The translations under genes and the position numbers were made by a program. The notes beneath the pieces were generated by a model. It saw only the letters and a list, made by a program, of their open reading frames with translations, did not search any database and was not told the DNA's origin. Source: Candidatus Binatota bacterium (lineage in GTDB: Bacteria; Desulfobacterota; Binatia; JACPRU01). Taken from it: a stretch of 59,036 nucleotides of DNA. Of this stretch, positions 42,980 to 52,356 are shown piece by piece (position 1 is the stretch's first letter; every line of letters starts with the position of its first letter). The stretch is from positions 1 through 59,036 of the forward strand of contig JAXDLK010000005.1 of NCBI GenBank assembly GCA_034666665.1, written 5' to 3'.

Positions 42980-45290
42980 CCTTCGGTTCGTCGCGCTGCT
43001 GCTGTTTCCCACCATGGTCTCGGCAGCGACCCTCGCCGAGGTCTCCGGCGGCGTCGACCGCGCCGTACGCGGCGGCATGTCCGAGGCGGAGGAACAGTCG
43101 CTCCTCGGCAGCCTGGGTACGATCTCGGCGGAGGTCGCGGATCGCTACGATGCCTGGACGCGCAGTGGAAGCTCGGAGAGCCGCGGCGCGGCCACCGGTC
43201 TCGCCGACGCGCTACTCCCGGTCTTGGAGCGCCTGCACCGGTACCATCAGGACGCGATCGATCGGATGCAGAACGCGATCATCGCCGTCGATGGCAATCC
43301 CGAAGTCCTCTACGGACAGCGAGAGTGGCAGGTGCATCGAGGGTTCGCGCTCGCGTCCATGGGGCAGCTGGCCTGGCTCTACTATCGCTGCGCGATGCTT
43401 CACCCCGAGAAGAAGGAAGCGCGGAACGATTGGCTCCGCCGCGCGGTCGAGGGCTTCGGCGACTTCATCTTCGCCGAAGATCCGCGCTTGCGGGACGAGA
43501 GTCTCCTCGGGCGGGCGCTGGCGGAGCGCGAGCTCGGAGAGTGGGACCCGGCGAAGAACGATCTCCGTGCGGTGATCGAGCGCGGCAAGGGAGGACCGCT
43601 CTACTGGGCCGCGCGCGTGACGCTCGCCGAGGTCGCCGTCGCCGCGGGTGGGCCAGGGGCGCTGACCGAGACCGAGAACCTGCTTCGCGAGGCCGGCGGC
43701 GGATCCCTCGACACCATCCAGCAAGCGCGGTTCCTGCGCTTTCAGGCGCTGTCGGAAGCCGCCCGTCGCGGGGGTGGCGAGGGGCTCCGTCGCGAGGCCC
43801 GCGGTCTCGCCGCCGCGCTCGCCGAGGGAGGCCCGGTCTGGTCGAAGCGCGTCCAGGAGGTCGCGATGGGAGCGCACCGGGACCCGCGCGAGGTCCTCGG
43901 CGACAGCGCTCCGGCGGAATGGCAGGCGGCGGAGAACTTCGCGAGCGAGGACAAGCTCCGCGAGGCGGCGCCGCTCTACGAGCGCGTGCTCAAGAGCCCG
44001 GACCGGCAGCACGCCACGCTCGCACATCAGCGGCTCGGGGTCTGCTATTTCCGTCTCGGCCGGTTCGCCGATGCGGAGCGCGAGTTCCGGACGTTCCTGA
44101 ACGCGGCGCCCCGTTCGGCGCTCGCATCCGAGGCTTCGTTCCTGCGCTTCCGCGCCGCCGAGGGCGTGTACCGTGGCCGTCCGACGAAGGAGACGCGCGA
44201 GCTCTTCCGCGGCGCCGTGCAAGCGTTCGTGCAGGCATACCCAAAGCACGAGAGCGCCCACGAGGCGTTCTACCGCTGGGGCGAGCTGCTGCAGGCCGAC
44301 CGTCGCTGGCAGGAAGCGGCCGACGCGTACGCGCGCGTCCGGGGCGCACCGGTATTCGAGCTCCGCGCGGCGGCGTCGGAAGTCCAGTGCCTCGCCGAGG
44401 CGATGGTGGCGCCGGCGAAGGACGCAAAGCCCGAATGGTTCGAGCGCACGAGACGGCGCGCGCGAGAGGCCTTCTCCCGCTTTCAGAAGCTCGCCGCGCG
44501 CGCGCCGAAGGACGAGTCGATGCCGGACCTTCGCGCTCGTGCGACGCTGTCGAGCGCGATGGTGGAGGTGAGCGGTCCCGGAGGACGTCCGGAGCCGGCG
44601 GTCCAGGCGCTCGGAGGATTCGAGAAGACGTATCCGACGGCGAAGGACCTGCATCCGCTCGCCGGCGCGCTGCGGCTCTCCGCGCTGAACCAGCTCGGCC
44701 GTCTCGAGGAAGCGGAGACGAACCTCCCCGTGTGGTTGGCGAGCGTCGACGGAGCACGCCCGGAGATCAGCGAGAAGCTCGCGACGGCGTTCCTCCATAC
44801 CTCGATCGACTCCGCGCCGGACGACGCCGCGAAGAGCAGGCGCTGGGCGGTCTTGGCGTCGCGGGTCTTCGACCGACTGAAAGCAGAGGGCCGGCCGCTG
44901 CCCGCCGAGGCGAAGCCGGTGCTGGCGCCGATCTACACCGAGGAAGGCCGGCTCGCGGAGGCGGCGCAGCTCTACCGGGAGCTGCTCGCCACCACGCCAT
45001 CCTCGAAGTCCCTGCTGCGCAGTGCGGCGATGGTGGCGGACCAGCTCGGTGCCTTCGCGGAAGCTGCGGATTACTGGACGCGGCTGGCGAAACGCCAGGA
45101 GGTGGCTTCTCCCATCTGGTACGACGCGCGGCTGAACGGTGCCCGCGCGCTCTTTCGCGCGGGCAACAAGCAACGGGCGTGCGCAGAGATCCGTGAGGTG
45201 AACGCCTTCCGGCCCGACCTCCGCGATGCGGCGACGCGGACGAAGTACGATCAACTCGCCGCTCAGACGTGCGGTCCGGCGGCCTGCTGA
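42969..45290 (+). CDS. Secreted TPR-repeat protein (773 aa)
   Basis: The signal peptide is MKRILRFVALLLFPTMVSA. The body is all-helical and Ala/Leu/Arg/Glu-rich with recurring TPR-like W/Y..A...Y..L patterns. Confidence 0.8.
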   Translation: MKRILRFVALLLFPTMVSAATLAEVSGGVDRAVRGGMSEAEEQSLLGSLGTISAEVADRYDAWTRSGSSESRGAATGLADALLPVLERLHRYHQDAIDRMQNAIIAVDGNPEVLYGQREWQVHRGFALASMGQLAWLYYRCAMLHPEKKEARNDWLRRAVEGFGDFIFAEDPRLRDESLLGRALAERELGEWDPAKNDLRAVIERGKGGPLYWAARVTLAEVAVAAGGPGALTETENLLREAGGGSLDTIQQARFLRFQALSEAARRGGGEGLRREARGLAAALAEGGPVWSKRVQEVAMGAHRDPREVLGDSAPAEWQAAENFASEDKLREAAPLYERVLKSPDRQHATLAHQRLGVCYFRLGRFADAEREFRTFLNAAPRSALASEASFLRFRAAEGVYRGRPTKETRELFRGAVQAFVQAYPKHESAHEAFYRWGELLQADRRWQEAADAYARVRGAPVFELRAAASEVQCLAEAMVAPAKDAKPEWFERTRRRAREAFSRFQKLAARAPKDESMPDLRARATLSSAMVEVSGPGGRPEPAVQALGGFEKTYPTAKDLHPLAGALRLSALNQLGRLEEAETNLPVWLASVDGARPEISEKLATAFLHTSIDSAPDDAAKSRRWAVLASRVFDRLKAEGRPLPAEAKPVLAPIYTEEGRLAEAAQLYRELLATTPSSKSLLRSAAMVADQLGAFAEAADYWTRLAKRQEVASPIWYDARLNGARALFRAGNKQRACAEIREVNAFRPDLRDAATRTKYDQLAAQTCGPAAC

Positions 45291-45340
45291 AGGCGGGCGG
45301 ATCGCGAGCCGCGGGGAGCGAACGAGGGAGGAACGCACGA

Positions 45341-45994
45341 ATGGAAGTGGCTGGAACTTTGAGCGTGATGGATCTGATCCGCCAGGGCTGGTACGCGACG
45401 TACCCGCTGATCGGCTTCTCGGTGATCATGATGAGCATCGTGATCGAACGCATGTGGGCGCTCAGCCGCATCGGCCCCGGGGTCGAGCGGCTGACCGGCG
45501 AGGTCGTGGACCTGCTGCAGAAGGGCGACATCTCCGGGACCACGACGCTGCTCGAAGGGCGGCGGCGGCGGACGCCGGCCTCGCGCATGTACGCCGCGAT
45601 CGTGCCTCTGCTCGGCCGCGGGCCCCTCGACGAGGTGCTCGAGCTCGGCGAGCGGCGCCGGCTGGACGAGAGCCGCTGGTTCCGCCGCAACATCTGGGTG
45701 CTCGGAACGATCGCAGCTTCGGCGCCGTTCATCGGTCTCTTCGGCACGGTGGTCGGCATCATCAAATCGTTCCACCAGATGGCGGTGATGGGTACCGGCG
45801 GGTTCTCCGTGGTCGCCGCCGGCATCTCCGAAGCGCTGGTCGCGACCGCGCTCGGACTGATCGTCGCGATCGTCGCGGTGATCTTCTACAATTATCTCCA
45901 GGTGAAGGTCGGCAATCTCGACACCACGATGCGCGTCGGATTGGGCCAGGTGGTCGAGGCTGCCACCCTCGGGGGCGTACATGGCGCTCGGTAA
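45341..45994 (+). CDS. exbB: MotA/TolQ/ExbB proton-channel family protein
   Basis: GAGGGAGGA precedes ATG 45341. Motifs seen: GTIAASAPFIGLFGTVVGII and GISEALVATALGLIVAIVAVIFYNYL. Confidence 0.9.
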   Translation: MEVAGTLSVMDLIRQGWYATYPLIGFSVIMMSIVIERMWALSRIGPGVERLTGEVVDLLQKGDISGTTTLLEGRRRRTPASRMYAAIVPLLGRGPLDEVLELGERRRLDESRWFRRNIWVLGTIAASAPFIGLFGTVVGIIKSFHQMAVMGTGGFSVVAAGISEALVATALGLIVAIVAVIFYNYLQVKVGNLDTTMRVGLGQVVEAATLGGVHGAR

Positions 45995-46460
45995 GCTCGG
46001 CGGCGGTGACGGCGGCGAAGGCGCCGACGTCATGGCCGAGATCAACATCACGCCGCTCACCGACATCTTCCTGGTGCTGCTGATCATCTTCATGATCACG
46101 CAGTCGGCGCTGGTGGAGTCGGCCGCGAAGGTGAACCTGCCGAAAGCCACGCAGACCACGCAGGAATCCCGCGGCGTCACCGTGACCGTGACCAAGGACG
46201 AACGCATCTTCGTGAACCAGCTTCCCGTCGACGAGGCGCAGCTCCAGGGCACGTTGCAGGACCTGCTCGCCGACGATCCCCGGAAGCTCGTGATCCTCCA
46301 GGGGGACCGTTCCGTCATGCTCGGCGAGGCCGTCCGCCTGATGGACATCGCCAAGCGCGCCGGGGCGCAGGCGATCTCGATTTCGGCGGAGAAGGAAGAG
46401 TCCCCCGCCGGCTCCGCACCGGCCGTGCCCTCGGCCGCGCCGGCCGCGCCGGCGCAGTGA
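45981..46460 (+). CDS. exbD: ExbD/TolR biopolymer transport protein
   Basis: EINITPLTDIFLVLLIIFMI carries the conserved TM Asp. It overlaps exbB by 14 nt. Confidence 0.9.
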   Translation: MALGKLGGGDGGEGADVMAEINITPLTDIFLVLLIIFMITQSALVESAAKVNLPKATQTTQESRGVTVTVTKDERIFVNQLPVDEAQLQGTLQDLLADDPRKLVILQGDRSVMLGEAVRLMDIAKRAGAQAISISAEKEESPAGSAPAVPSAAPAAPAQ

Positions 46461-46461
46461 C

Positions 46462-47112
46462 GTGGACACCGCCCTCGACCTGATCCTCCATCTCGACCAC
46501 CACCTCGTCGCGCTGACACAGGCGGCCGGTGCGTGGACGTACGTGATTCTCTTTGCCATCGTCTTCTGCGAGACCGGCCTCGTGGTGACGCCGTTCCTTC
46601 CCGGCGATTCGCTGCTGTTCACGGTCGGGGCGATCGCGGCGAGCGGCGGCCTCGATCCGGCGGCTGCCGCCGTGCTGCTCGCCATCGCCGCGATCACGGG
46701 CGACTCGGTGAACTACTGGATCGGGAATGTCGTGGGCCCGCGGGTCTTCCGCCAGGAGGACTCGCGCTGGCTCGACCGGCGGCACCTCGACCGCACGCGC
46801 GAGTTCTTCGAGCGCTACGGCGCGAAGACCATCGTCATCGCCCGGTTCGTGCCGATCGTGCGAACGTTCGCGCCGTTCGTCGCGGGGATCGGCCGCATGG
46901 CGTACCGCCGGTTCTTCTTCTACAACGTCGCGGGCGGGATCGCCTGGGTCGGCGGGCTGGTCGGCGCCGGCTACTGGTTCGGCAATCTGCCGGCCGTGCG
47001 AGAGAATTTCTCGCTGGTGATCCTGATGATCATCGTGCTGTCGATCCTCCCGGCGATCGTCGAAGCTCTCCGCACACGCGTGCGGCCGCCTCGCCCGGCC
47101 GCGGGAGTTTGA
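46462..47112 (+). CDS. dedA: DedA family (VTT domain) membrane protein
   Basis: The GTG start lies 1 nt after the exbD stop. Motifs seen: FCETGLVVTPFLPGDSLLF, GAKTIVIARFVPIVRTFAPFVAG and YRRFFFYNVAGGIAW. Confidence 0.88.
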   Translation: MDTALDLILHLDHHLVALTQAAGAWTYVILFAIVFCETGLVVTPFLPGDSLLFTVGAIAASGGLDPAAAAVLLAIAAITGDSVNYWIGNVVGPRVFRQEDSRWLDRRHLDRTREFFERYGAKTIVIARFVPIVRTFAPFVAGIGRMAYRRFFFYNVAGGIAWVGGLVGAGYWFGNLPAVRENFSLVILMIIVLSILPAIVEALRTRVRPPRPAAGV

Positions 47113-47186
47113 GCGGAGCTCCGCCGCCGCGAGCGTCATTGAAGCGCCGACGGCGCTGAGCTATCAGTCGGCCTCTCGGACACCCC

Positions 47187-49160
47187 ATGAAAACGCGTTC
47201 GGGGCGCAAGTCGAAGGACGACCCTGTCGCGCGACGGAGAGCCGGCAAGCAGAAGCCCGATCTGCAGACGCCGCCTCCGAGAGCGGAGCGCCGGCGTCTG
47301 GAGAAGAAGAGCGGACGGGAAACGTCCGCCTTCGCGGCGCCGCTCCGGCTCGCGCTCGTGCCGCCACTGATCCTGGCGGCACTTTCCCTGCTCCCTCGGG
47401 TCGGCGCGAACCCATGGCTCAGGTCGTCCTTCTGGGGGGCAGCGCTGGCGCTCGTCCTCATGCAAGCGGTTCTCTGGCAGCAAGTGCGCCGCACCGGACG
47501 CACTCTCACCTGCCAGGTGGTTCCGCTGCCGGTGCATTGGGTGCAGGCCAGCATGCAGGCGTGCATCTACGCGTACTGGGGATCGTACTGGCCCGAGGTC
47601 TACCGCCACGTGCCGCTGATCGTGGCGCAGATCGTCCTCGTCTACGGCTTGGACATGCTGGTCTCCTGGTTCCGGCGGGACCAGTGGGTCCTCGGCTTCG
47701 GGCCGTTTCCCATCGTTCTCAGCACGAACCTCTTCATGTGGTTCAAGGACGACTGGTTCTTCCTCCAGTTCCTCATGGTGGCGACCGGAGTGCTCGGCAA
47801 GGAGTTCATCAAGTGGACGCGCGACGGCCGCCGCACGCACATCTTCAATCCGTCGGCGCTGTCGCTGTTCCTCTTCTCGGTGGGTCTGATCGTCACGCAC
47901 TCGACCGACATCACCTGGGGACCGGAGATCGCCGCCACGATCGGTCTTCCCCCGCGGATGTACCTGTGGATCTTCCTGGTCGGTCTGGTGGTCCAGGGGC
48001 TCTTCTCGGTGACGCTGGTCACGCTCTCCGCGGCCGCGACCTTGTTCGCGCTGAACCTCGTCTACACCGGGTCGACGGGGATCTATCACTTCATCATCAC
48101 GAACATCCCGGTGGCGGTCTTCCTCGGGCTCCATCTACTGGTCACCGACCCCGCGACGTCGCCGCGGAGACCATTCGGCAAAGTGCTGTTCGGCGCCGCG
48201 TATGGCGTCAGCGCCTTCGCGCTCTTCGGCCTGCTCGGCCGTGTCGGAATTCCCACCTTCTACGACAAGCTCCTCTGCGTCCCCGTCCTCAACCTGACCG
48301 TCCGGGTGCTCGATCGAATCAGCGACGCGCTCGCGGCACGCTTCCGTGTCCCGATGGTCTTTCCGGAGTGGAGCCCTCGGGCGAGTAACCTCGCGGCCAT
48401 GGCGGTTTGGGCGTCGCTCTTCGTGACCATGTCGGCGAGCGGCTTCCTCGGTCGCGATCACCCCGGACGCGATGCCGAGTTCTGGCGGCGCGCGTGCTCG
48501 GAGGGCCGGCGGAGCGGCTGCGAGACCTGGGTGATGTTCCTCGAAGCCTCCTGCCAGGCGGCGGACGGCGAATCCTGCAAGATGCTCGGGGACCTCAAGC
48601 GGGATGGCCGCGTCGTGCCGGCGAACCGGCTCGAAGCGGGGAAGAGCTTCGGTCGCGCCTGCGACGTGGGGCTCGCGGAAGGATGCGACGAGCTGAAACG
48701 GTTCGCCGACGCCGACGGGCGCGCGGTCTTCGAGAAGTCGTGCGCCGGCGGGGACAGCTACAGCTGCTTCGTCCTCGGCGAGGTGCACGCGCACGGCCTC
48801 GGCGTTTCACAGGACCGTCACGCGGCGATCGAGTTCTTCGAACGATCCTGTGCCGGCGGCTGGCCGCGCGGGTGCGGGCGCCTCGGCGAGGTGTACCTCC
48901 TCGGCGAAGGCACGCCCACGGACGTCGGCAAGGCGGTCGAGAATTTCGAGAAAGCCTGTCGAGGCGGCCACGCGGCGAGCTGCTCCGCCGTGGCCATGGT
49001 GTATCGCCGCGGGATCGGCGGCCTCGGCAACGAGACGCTCGCGGACGAACGTCAGCGGCAAGCGTGTCGCCTCGGGCTTTCCGCCGCGTGCTCGCCAGGA
49101 GACGCTCCCGCGTCCGCCGGGGCGGTGGCGCCAATCGACGTCCTTCGGCTCGGCGGCTAG
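47187..49160 (+). CDS. Polytopic membrane protein (RnfD/NqrB-like motifs) fused to C-terminal Cys-rich Sel1-like repeats
   Basis: The N-terminal tail is highly basic and is followed by ~10 TM helices. Motifs are HIFNPSAL (47844-47855 = FNPS) and LLVTDPATSP (48144-48164). The C-terminal ~225 aa carry six CxxxxxxxC pairs in the pattern A..fF.kAC.gG...gC..LG..Y..G.G, as in Hcp/SLR proteins. Confidence 0.75.
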   Translation: MKTRSGRKSKDDPVARRRAGKQKPDLQTPPPRAERRRLEKKSGRETSAFAAPLRLALVPPLILAALSLLPRVGANPWLRSSFWGAALALVLMQAVLWQQVRRTGRTLTCQVVPLPVHWVQASMQACIYAYWGSYWPEVYRHVPLIVAQIVLVYGLDMLVSWFRRDQWVLGFGPFPIVLSTNLFMWFKDDWFFLQFLMVATGVLGKEFIKWTRDGRRTHIFNPSALSLFLFSVGLIVTHSTDITWGPEIAATIGLPPRMYLWIFLVGLVVQGLFSVTLVTLSAAATLFALNLVYTGSTGIYHFIITNIPVAVFLGLHLLVTDPATSPRRPFGKVLFGAAYGVSAFALFGLLGRVGIPTFYDKLLCVPVLNLTVRVLDRISDALAARFRVPMVFPEWSPRASNLAAMAVWASLFVTMSASGFLGRDHPGRDAEFWRRACSEGRRSGCETWVMFLEASCQAADGESCKMLGDLKRDGRVVPANRLEAGKSFGRACDVGLAEGCDELKRFADADGRAVFEKSCAGGDSYSCFVLGEVHAHGLGVSQDRHAAIEFFERSCAGGWPRGCGRLGEVYLLGEGTPTDVGKAVENFEKACRGGHAASCSAVAMVYRRGIGGLGNETLADERQRQACRLGLSAACSPGDAPASAGAVAPIDVLRLGG

Positions 49161-49295
49161 GGCGCGGTCCGAGCCGTGCAGGCCCGCTCCGAGCTGGCGA
49201 GGAGCATGTTGGGCCCCCGAGCTCTTCTGCGAGGGCTGGACCATCTGCGCCCGCGAGCTCTTCCGCGAGCGCGTTCGGCCGGGTTGGGTCGGTGG

Positions 49296-50144
49296 CTAGG
49301 AAGTCTTCTCGGCCGCGGCCGGCTCTCGCGCGGCGGGCGCCACCTCGTACTCGAGGAGCTCGATCCGGGTGCGCTCCTTCTCGCGCCGCGCGTCGTCCCA
49401 CTGCTCGGTGCGGATGAGGCCCACCCCGGGGGCGTACCAATCGGAGTAATAGAAGACGATCTCCTCGCCGTTCTTGCCCGACCCCGGACCTTGCGTGGAA
49501 TAGGTGTCGATGCGGACGCAGTCCTCGAAGCTTCCCGCCGGCACCTGAACGGCCTTCGTCTCGATTGCCGCCGAGTGGCGATGGCTGACGTTGAAGCCGA
49601 GGCCGCTCATTCCGCCGCCCACGCGGAACGCCTGCGTCGCGCTCTCCCACTTCGCACCGTCGTCGAGGACCACGGGCAGATACCGGGTGTCGCCCGAGCC
49701 GCTGGCCTGCACGAGCTTGCCCGCCTGCAGCGTCATGAACATGCGGTGCAGGAATCCCTCGTTGCGAAAGTAGATGATCGGCTCCGACTCCTCGACGTAG
49801 AAGGGGCCGCCCTCGCTGGAGTAGCGCTCGGTCACCTCGATGCCTTCGCCGCCGAGCGCCTCGTAGTACTTCGGGCCGTGAACCTGGACCTTGTTCACGT
49901 AGGTCCACTTCTTCGCGAGGTCCAGGACCCGGTACGTCCAGTGACTTCGCGGCGTCAAGGGAAAATACTTCTCGACGGGGATGCGACTGGTCGCCGCGGG
50001 CTGCTTCGCGACGGGTCGGGGGCCGCCGCCCGGCCGCGACCAGCCACACGCGGCGGCGAGCGTCAGAGTCGCGAGGAGGAGGCAGGGGAGGGCGAGTCGG
50101 ACGCCCCGATCGCTCTCCCGCCGCTCTCCTCGCGTTTCGCTCAC
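49296..50144 (-). CDS. Hypothetical lipoprotein (282 aa) at the end of envelope module 2
   Basis: The lipobox is LATLTLAAAC. The gene starts 7 nt after the DUF1302 copy 2 stop. The product is beta-rich with the motif YYSDWYAPGVGLIRTE. I recognise no family. Confidence 0.65.
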   Translation of the reverse strand: MSETRGERRESDRGVRLALPCLLLATLTLAAACGWSRPGGGPRPVAKQPAATSRIPVEKYFPLTPRSHWTYRVLDLAKKWTYVNKVQVHGPKYYEALGGEGIEVTERYSSEGGPFYVEESEPIIYFRNEGFLHRMFMTLQAGKLVQASGSGDTRYLPVVLDDGAKWESATQAFRVGGGMSGLGFNVSHRHSAAIETKAVQVPAGSFEDCVRIDTYSTQGPGSGKNGEEIVFYYSDWYAPGVGLIRTEQWDDARREKERTRIELLEYEVAPAAREPAAAEKTS

Positions 50145-50151
50145 ACTCCGA

Positions 50152-52203
50152 TCAGAGCAGGTAGTACTCGAGCCGGACGAAGAGGTTGTCGCGGTCCGCG
50201 TACTTGTGAAGGAAGAGGAAGCTCTCGGCGTCCTTGCTTCCCATGTACATGATGTCGCCGAAGCGAATGGCGAACTTGTTGGTGAGGAAGTACTGCATCT
50301 GCAGCCAGGCGACGTGCGTCTGCGCGTTCACGTCGTAGCCGTACGCCCAGAAGGGACGCAGCTTCTGGTTCATGAAGAAGCCGGTCATGACGTACGTGAG
50401 CACCGGGTTGTAGTGCTGCATGCGATCGGTGACGGAATCGAGGAGCCCGATCTGTCCGTCGACGTGCGGGTAGTACTCGTTGAAGAACTGGAACGTGAAG
50501 AACCACTGGTCGGTCAGCCACGTCGACAGCCATTTCCGCGAGCGGATCCATGGCGGCGGTTTCGGATAGATGGTGCGCAGGTAGTCGAAACCGATCATGC
50601 TCCGCCACGCGCCGGTGGTGCGCTTCCCGTGACTCTCGAAGTCACGCGTCGCGGGGAAGTTGCCGGCACGAGGTCCGGCGAGGGGCGGCGCGCCATTCCG
50701 CGGCTCCTTCGTCGAGTAACTCTGCTCGACGCGCCAGATGAACCCCGTGTAGTCGAAGTCGTTATACGTGAGCGTCCCGCCGATGATGTGCGTCCACGGG
50801 TACCAGAAACCGACCATCTCGCAGCCGGTGGCGCCGTTGACGGTCTCGTACGCGGTGTTCGTCTGGTCGTCGAAATTGTAGTGCGGACCGTGCATGCCTT
50901 TGAGGATGATCGTCGGCCTTTGATCGTAGATGCACCGCGCGACCGCTCGGTCCTGCCCGTCCGGGACACCGTTGCCGTCGTTGTCGGGTGTCGCGAGATC
51001 CGCTGCGGCTCGCGCCAGCGAGTAGTGGTCGTCGGGACCAATCGCGTCGTCCGCTTCGGCGCCGGTGCGGAAGTTGTTCATGTTCCCGTTCTCGTCGGAC
51101 GGCCGCGCGGGATCGAAGAGATCGGACACACGCAGCGCCGTACCCGGGACTTCGCTCTTCTTGAAGATGTAGTTGAGCGTGAAGTCGAGACCGGCGAACG
51201 TCTGGCCACCGAAGCGAAAGCCGAACATGCTCGTATCCACATCGAGCACGTTCGTGGGCACTCCGTTCTGCAGAAGATAGACGAAGTCACCACAACGCAG
51301 GCCCTGGGGTCCGTCCGCGCACCCAGGTGCGGGCGCGAGATCCGCCTGGTCTGGTGCATCCGTCCGATGCGTGCCGACGCGCGTCACCTCCCACGGAGCG
51401 CGCACCATGCGCCAGGGTAGGATGTTCGGCCGGCGGAACGTCGGTGAGTTGAACGTTGGCGAGCCGCTCGGACATCCGTCGGCCGAGGGGCAGTAGTTTT
51501 GGTCGACACCGATGCGGAACGCCTCGCTCACCAGGATCCGGTCCGTGAGCGGCCGCCAGTTGGGTGACCAGAAGGCTTCCAAGTACGAGTTCTCCGCAAC
51601 GAATGGCACCGGCCCGATCGAGTACAGGGCCTTGGCGATCCACAGCGGCTCTCGGTAGTCGTCGAAGTCCTCGCCGATGAGACCATTCTGGTCGAGACGC
51701 AGCGGGTTGATGACGTCGAGCGACCGGAAGAGGTCCGCCTCGCCCCATACCACCTGCTGCTTGCCGAGCCGCAGCGACAGACCGTCGATCGGCTCGGTGA
51801 AGGAGACGTCGAAGAACAGCTCCCGAGGAATCTTGCCTTCCGGGAACCGGAAGTCGTCGCGCTGGTATCCGCGCTTCTTGTACCTGTCGACGAGGTCGTA
51901 CACCGCGTCGTAACGCGCGCGGTACAGCATGTTGAAGCGGACGTTGTTGATCGGCCCCGCCGTCACCCCTTGTGGCAGCAGGAAGTAACGCAGGTCGAAG
52001 CGGAATTCGTTCCGCCACTGCGCCCACTCGATATCGTTGATCGAGTTATGATGGAACGTGTTCTGAACCGTGACCGTCGAGGCAGCCTCGATTCGCTGGT
52101 CCCCCGACATGTACGAGGCGTGCGCCATCCCTGCGCACGCCAGCATCGTCAGCATGGCCACCGCGGGCGCCCACCGCGGCAGTCTTCGTCCGTGCCCTTT
52201 CAT
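50152..52203 (-). CDS. DUF1302-family outer-membrane protein (copy 2)
   Basis: ATG 52203 follows AAGGGGGG. The signal peptide ends ACAGMAHA. LRLGKQQVVWGEADLFRSLDVINPL is paralogous to copy 1. Confidence 0.8.
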   Translation of the reverse strand: MKGHGRRLPRWAPAVAMLTMLACAGMAHASYMSGDQRIEAASTVTVQNTFHHNSINDIEWAQWRNEFRFDLRYFLLPQGVTAGPINNVRFNMLYRARYDAVYDLVDRYKKRGYQRDDFRFPEGKIPRELFFDVSFTEPIDGLSLRLGKQQVVWGEADLFRSLDVINPLRLDQNGLIGEDFDDYREPLWIAKALYSIGPVPFVAENSYLEAFWSPNWRPLTDRILVSEAFRIGVDQNYCPSADGCPSGSPTFNSPTFRRPNILPWRMVRAPWEVTRVGTHRTDAPDQADLAPAPGCADGPQGLRCGDFVYLLQNGVPTNVLDVDTSMFGFRFGGQTFAGLDFTLNYIFKKSEVPGTALRVSDLFDPARPSDENGNMNNFRTGAEADDAIGPDDHYSLARAAADLATPDNDGNGVPDGQDRAVARCIYDQRPTIILKGMHGPHYNFDDQTNTAYETVNGATGCEMVGFWYPWTHIIGGTLTYNDFDYTGFIWRVEQSYSTKEPRNGAPPLAGPRAGNFPATRDFESHGKRTTGAWRSMIGFDYLRTIYPKPPPWIRSRKWLSTWLTDQWFFTFQFFNEYYPHVDGQIGLLDSVTDRMQHYNPVLTYVMTGFFMNQKLRPFWAYGYDVNAQTHVAWLQMQYFLTNKFAIRFGDIMYMGSKDAESFLFLHKYADRDNLFVRLEYYLL

Positions 52204-52356
52204 CACACTACCCCCCTTTTTCCCTGGTATCGCCGCGAGGGACCCGCACGAAGGCATAATGGGCGCATGGAGATCGGCCGGCGCCCTCCGGCCCGGGTTC
52301 CGCGTCGCGGTTAACTCACCACACCTCTTCTCTTCCCGTCGACGTTTCGAATCGCG

